From assembly GCA_010405405.1 (NCBI GenBank), contig MU004236.1:1432070-1496069 (forward strand): DNA of 64,000 nt. Reading direction: 5' to 3'. The first letter of the stretch is position 1, and each line of letters opens with the position of its first letter. This DNA comes from Microthyrium microscopicum (Eukaryota). Shown in pieces: positions 61,905-64,000 of this stretch. The notes below the pieces were generated by a model that was given only the letters and a program-made list of their open reading frames with translations, ran no database searches and was not told the origin of the DNA. Position numbers and translations under genes: made by a program.

Positions 61905-62703
61905 TATCTCACCGACTATCAGTTGCCGTACGGTATTGTCAGATCTGTCCATTGTCCAACCTGTATCCGGATAGAGTCGAAGGTTTATCATTTGAGCGAT
62001 CACAAGACGATCAGTTTAGATATGTCAAATCTAAGTACATATCTTTTAAATATTCCATTCAATGTTGTACATGTAAAAATAGTGAAAGGGAAGGAACGAC
62101 AGGACTGGTTTCCAGTGTCAAGTGGAAGAGCGGTCGTGCTTGCCTTGCTTGCCCAGCCAACCACACGCTCCTTCCCACGAGACCTTCACCAGTTCCAGTG
62201 CAGCACAGCACGGTTCCTGACTCTCAGACCTCCCAGTCTTCCCCCTAAACACCAAAACTCCAACAACTTGCTTTCTCCCTTAGCCAGCATTACCACCACA
62301 AACTCTACTCTGTTTCCATACTTTTTTCTTCTGTATACCCTATCCTACTTCCTTTCTCCATTCGGGCCTTCTTATGCCTCTTCTCCATACTTGCCCGACT
62401 TCCAGTCCTTGCTCCTATCCCGCTCCAGCGCCTTTGTTTCGCCAACCTCTTCAACCCGTGGCACGTCTCGCGATTGCGCTGGCAATGCGTTGACAATCCT
62501 TCTTCCCCCCCTCCAATTGCTTTTGTCTTCTATCGGATGAAGGCTTGGTTTACTCTGCCCTCGTAGGATATCCCTTGTCGTCATCCGCGAGTGGTAGCAC
62601 AACCCCTCAGACTTGTCCCTTTCAAATCTTCAGTCTCCGGCATCCTACCTCCTCTCAATTCGCCATACTTTCTACCCCACAGCCATAATTGAGCGCAAGT
62701 CAT

Positions 62704-64000
62704 ATGGCGACCCTGACGCCCACTCAAGCAATCAGTACCATCACTCCCCCTAGCAGCTCCCACGGAGAAAGAGGAATGTGGGAATACGCTGTTCCGATCG
62801 ATCATGACGAGGTATGCCAAATCTTTTCCAGAATCTAACAATCTCCCACATTGCCGATTTACACAACCATTTCGAAGGATCATGAACCCTTGCCATCCCA
62901 AGATTTGCTAATAGCTACTAGAATGCCATCAGGAACCGTGCCAAACAATCCTCCTTCAATGACCTCTCTAATACTGCACCGGCTCGACAGCCATTCACAT
63001 CGCAACCTAATGGCTCTTCTAATCAATTGCGATCGGTAGAAAACGATCATCTCGCGCCTGCTACGATTAATAATCTACGCTCGAAAAACAGCGATATCAG
63101 CAACACGAGCGAGCCTGACAGTCTATTAGATTTATACAAGTCTTCGTCAAATAACGCAACTCGAGCCAGCTCTTACAGTTCCGCGCCAAAACCTCGTAGG
63201 AAAGCATCTGCAACAAAACTTCGAGTTGGTACTGGTCCTGGTGGAAAAGTTACAGCGGCAGACGAGTCCAAGTGGATACATCGCGACAAGCTGGCGCAAA
63301 TAGAAAGCAAAGAACTTGAGGAGGCGGGATTCCGAGTTGGACGCCGGACTTCTGAACGTCAAGATAGGGATAGCAGTATTCGTGAGAAACGCCAACGATT
63401 AGCTTCTCCGGCCCCGATAGAAGGAGAAGTGGAAGAGCCCGCATTGTTTGAAGAAGAGGCTGGTCAATATGGAAAATCATTCATCCCAAAACCAAATACA
63501 CAGCGAGGGGTCAACTCGCGCATACCGGTTCCAAGAAGCGTATCCGGTTCCATGAGTCAAAGCGAACAAGATTCTACTGCTCCTGGAACTCGTAGTAGAA
63601 ATGGTAGCAATGGATGGACAGGGGATCAGAGCCCAAAGAGCTCACAAGGTTCAGCAAATGATAATCATGCTCCGAGCTCACCACCATCAGACTCGCCACT
63701 CCGTAACGGGTCTACTACTGCTGGAGCAACCTCGGAAAAATCCTCTCCCACTAAAAAGGCACGAAATCCGACGAAAAGTACCCCAGCTGGTCGCAAAACC
63801 ACAACAGCTACGCGACAGGTCTCGGCCGCGAAGTCGCGAAATGCAACTCCAACAACCAAAGTCACCCCCGAACCAAAGCGACCTGGAACCTCTAGCGGAC
63901 TTAATGGCCGACCAAGCACTTCGCATCGCCCTGAAGGTGATCCTCCTTGGATTGCGAGTATGTATAAACCAGATCCTCGGCTTCCACCTGACCAGCAGAT
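62704..64000 (+). CDS. TeaR-like cell-end marker protein (3' truncated by window edge; absent from the ORF track)
   Basis: Exon 62704..62811 (ITPPSSSHG...WEYAVP), intron, then open frame from 62922 with DSLLDLY, SKWIHRDKLAQIESKEL and RPEGDPPWIASMYKPDPRLPPDQQ; TeaR assignment is from memory of the motifs. Confidence 0.65.

Overview
Intron-containing genomic DNA of a filamentous ascomycete (Pezizomycotina-type ~50-nt GT-AG introns with CTRAC branch points), with about 25 protein-coding genes. Recognisable core genes include an MFS sugar porter, glycogen phosphorylase, AIM18-like, EFM4, RPS12, ERG5, DLD1, YPD1, mitochondrial aspartate aminotransferase, GEP3, SIF2, a Zn2Cys6 factor and a TeaR-like gene. 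An SRA/YDG protein and a group of oxidoreductases/hydrolases lie at 1.7-19 kb. The most unusual part is a ~9.6 kb island (about 19.3-28.9 kb) with no recognisable core gene. It holds two decayed tandem copies of an unknown Zn2Cys6 gene, two arrays of a 15-17 bp CTCGCGCAC repeat flanking an ORF-free spacer with three CxxC-encoding repeats, a TA-flanked MITE, an intact SNF2-like ORF with substituted catalytic motifs, and an antisense AT-hook ORF. Two more TA-flanked MITEs with perfect CCGT-starting TIRs lie at 60.6-61.9 kb. No tRNA, rRNA or CRISPR array was seen. All calls rest on motif recognition by eye; no database search was run.
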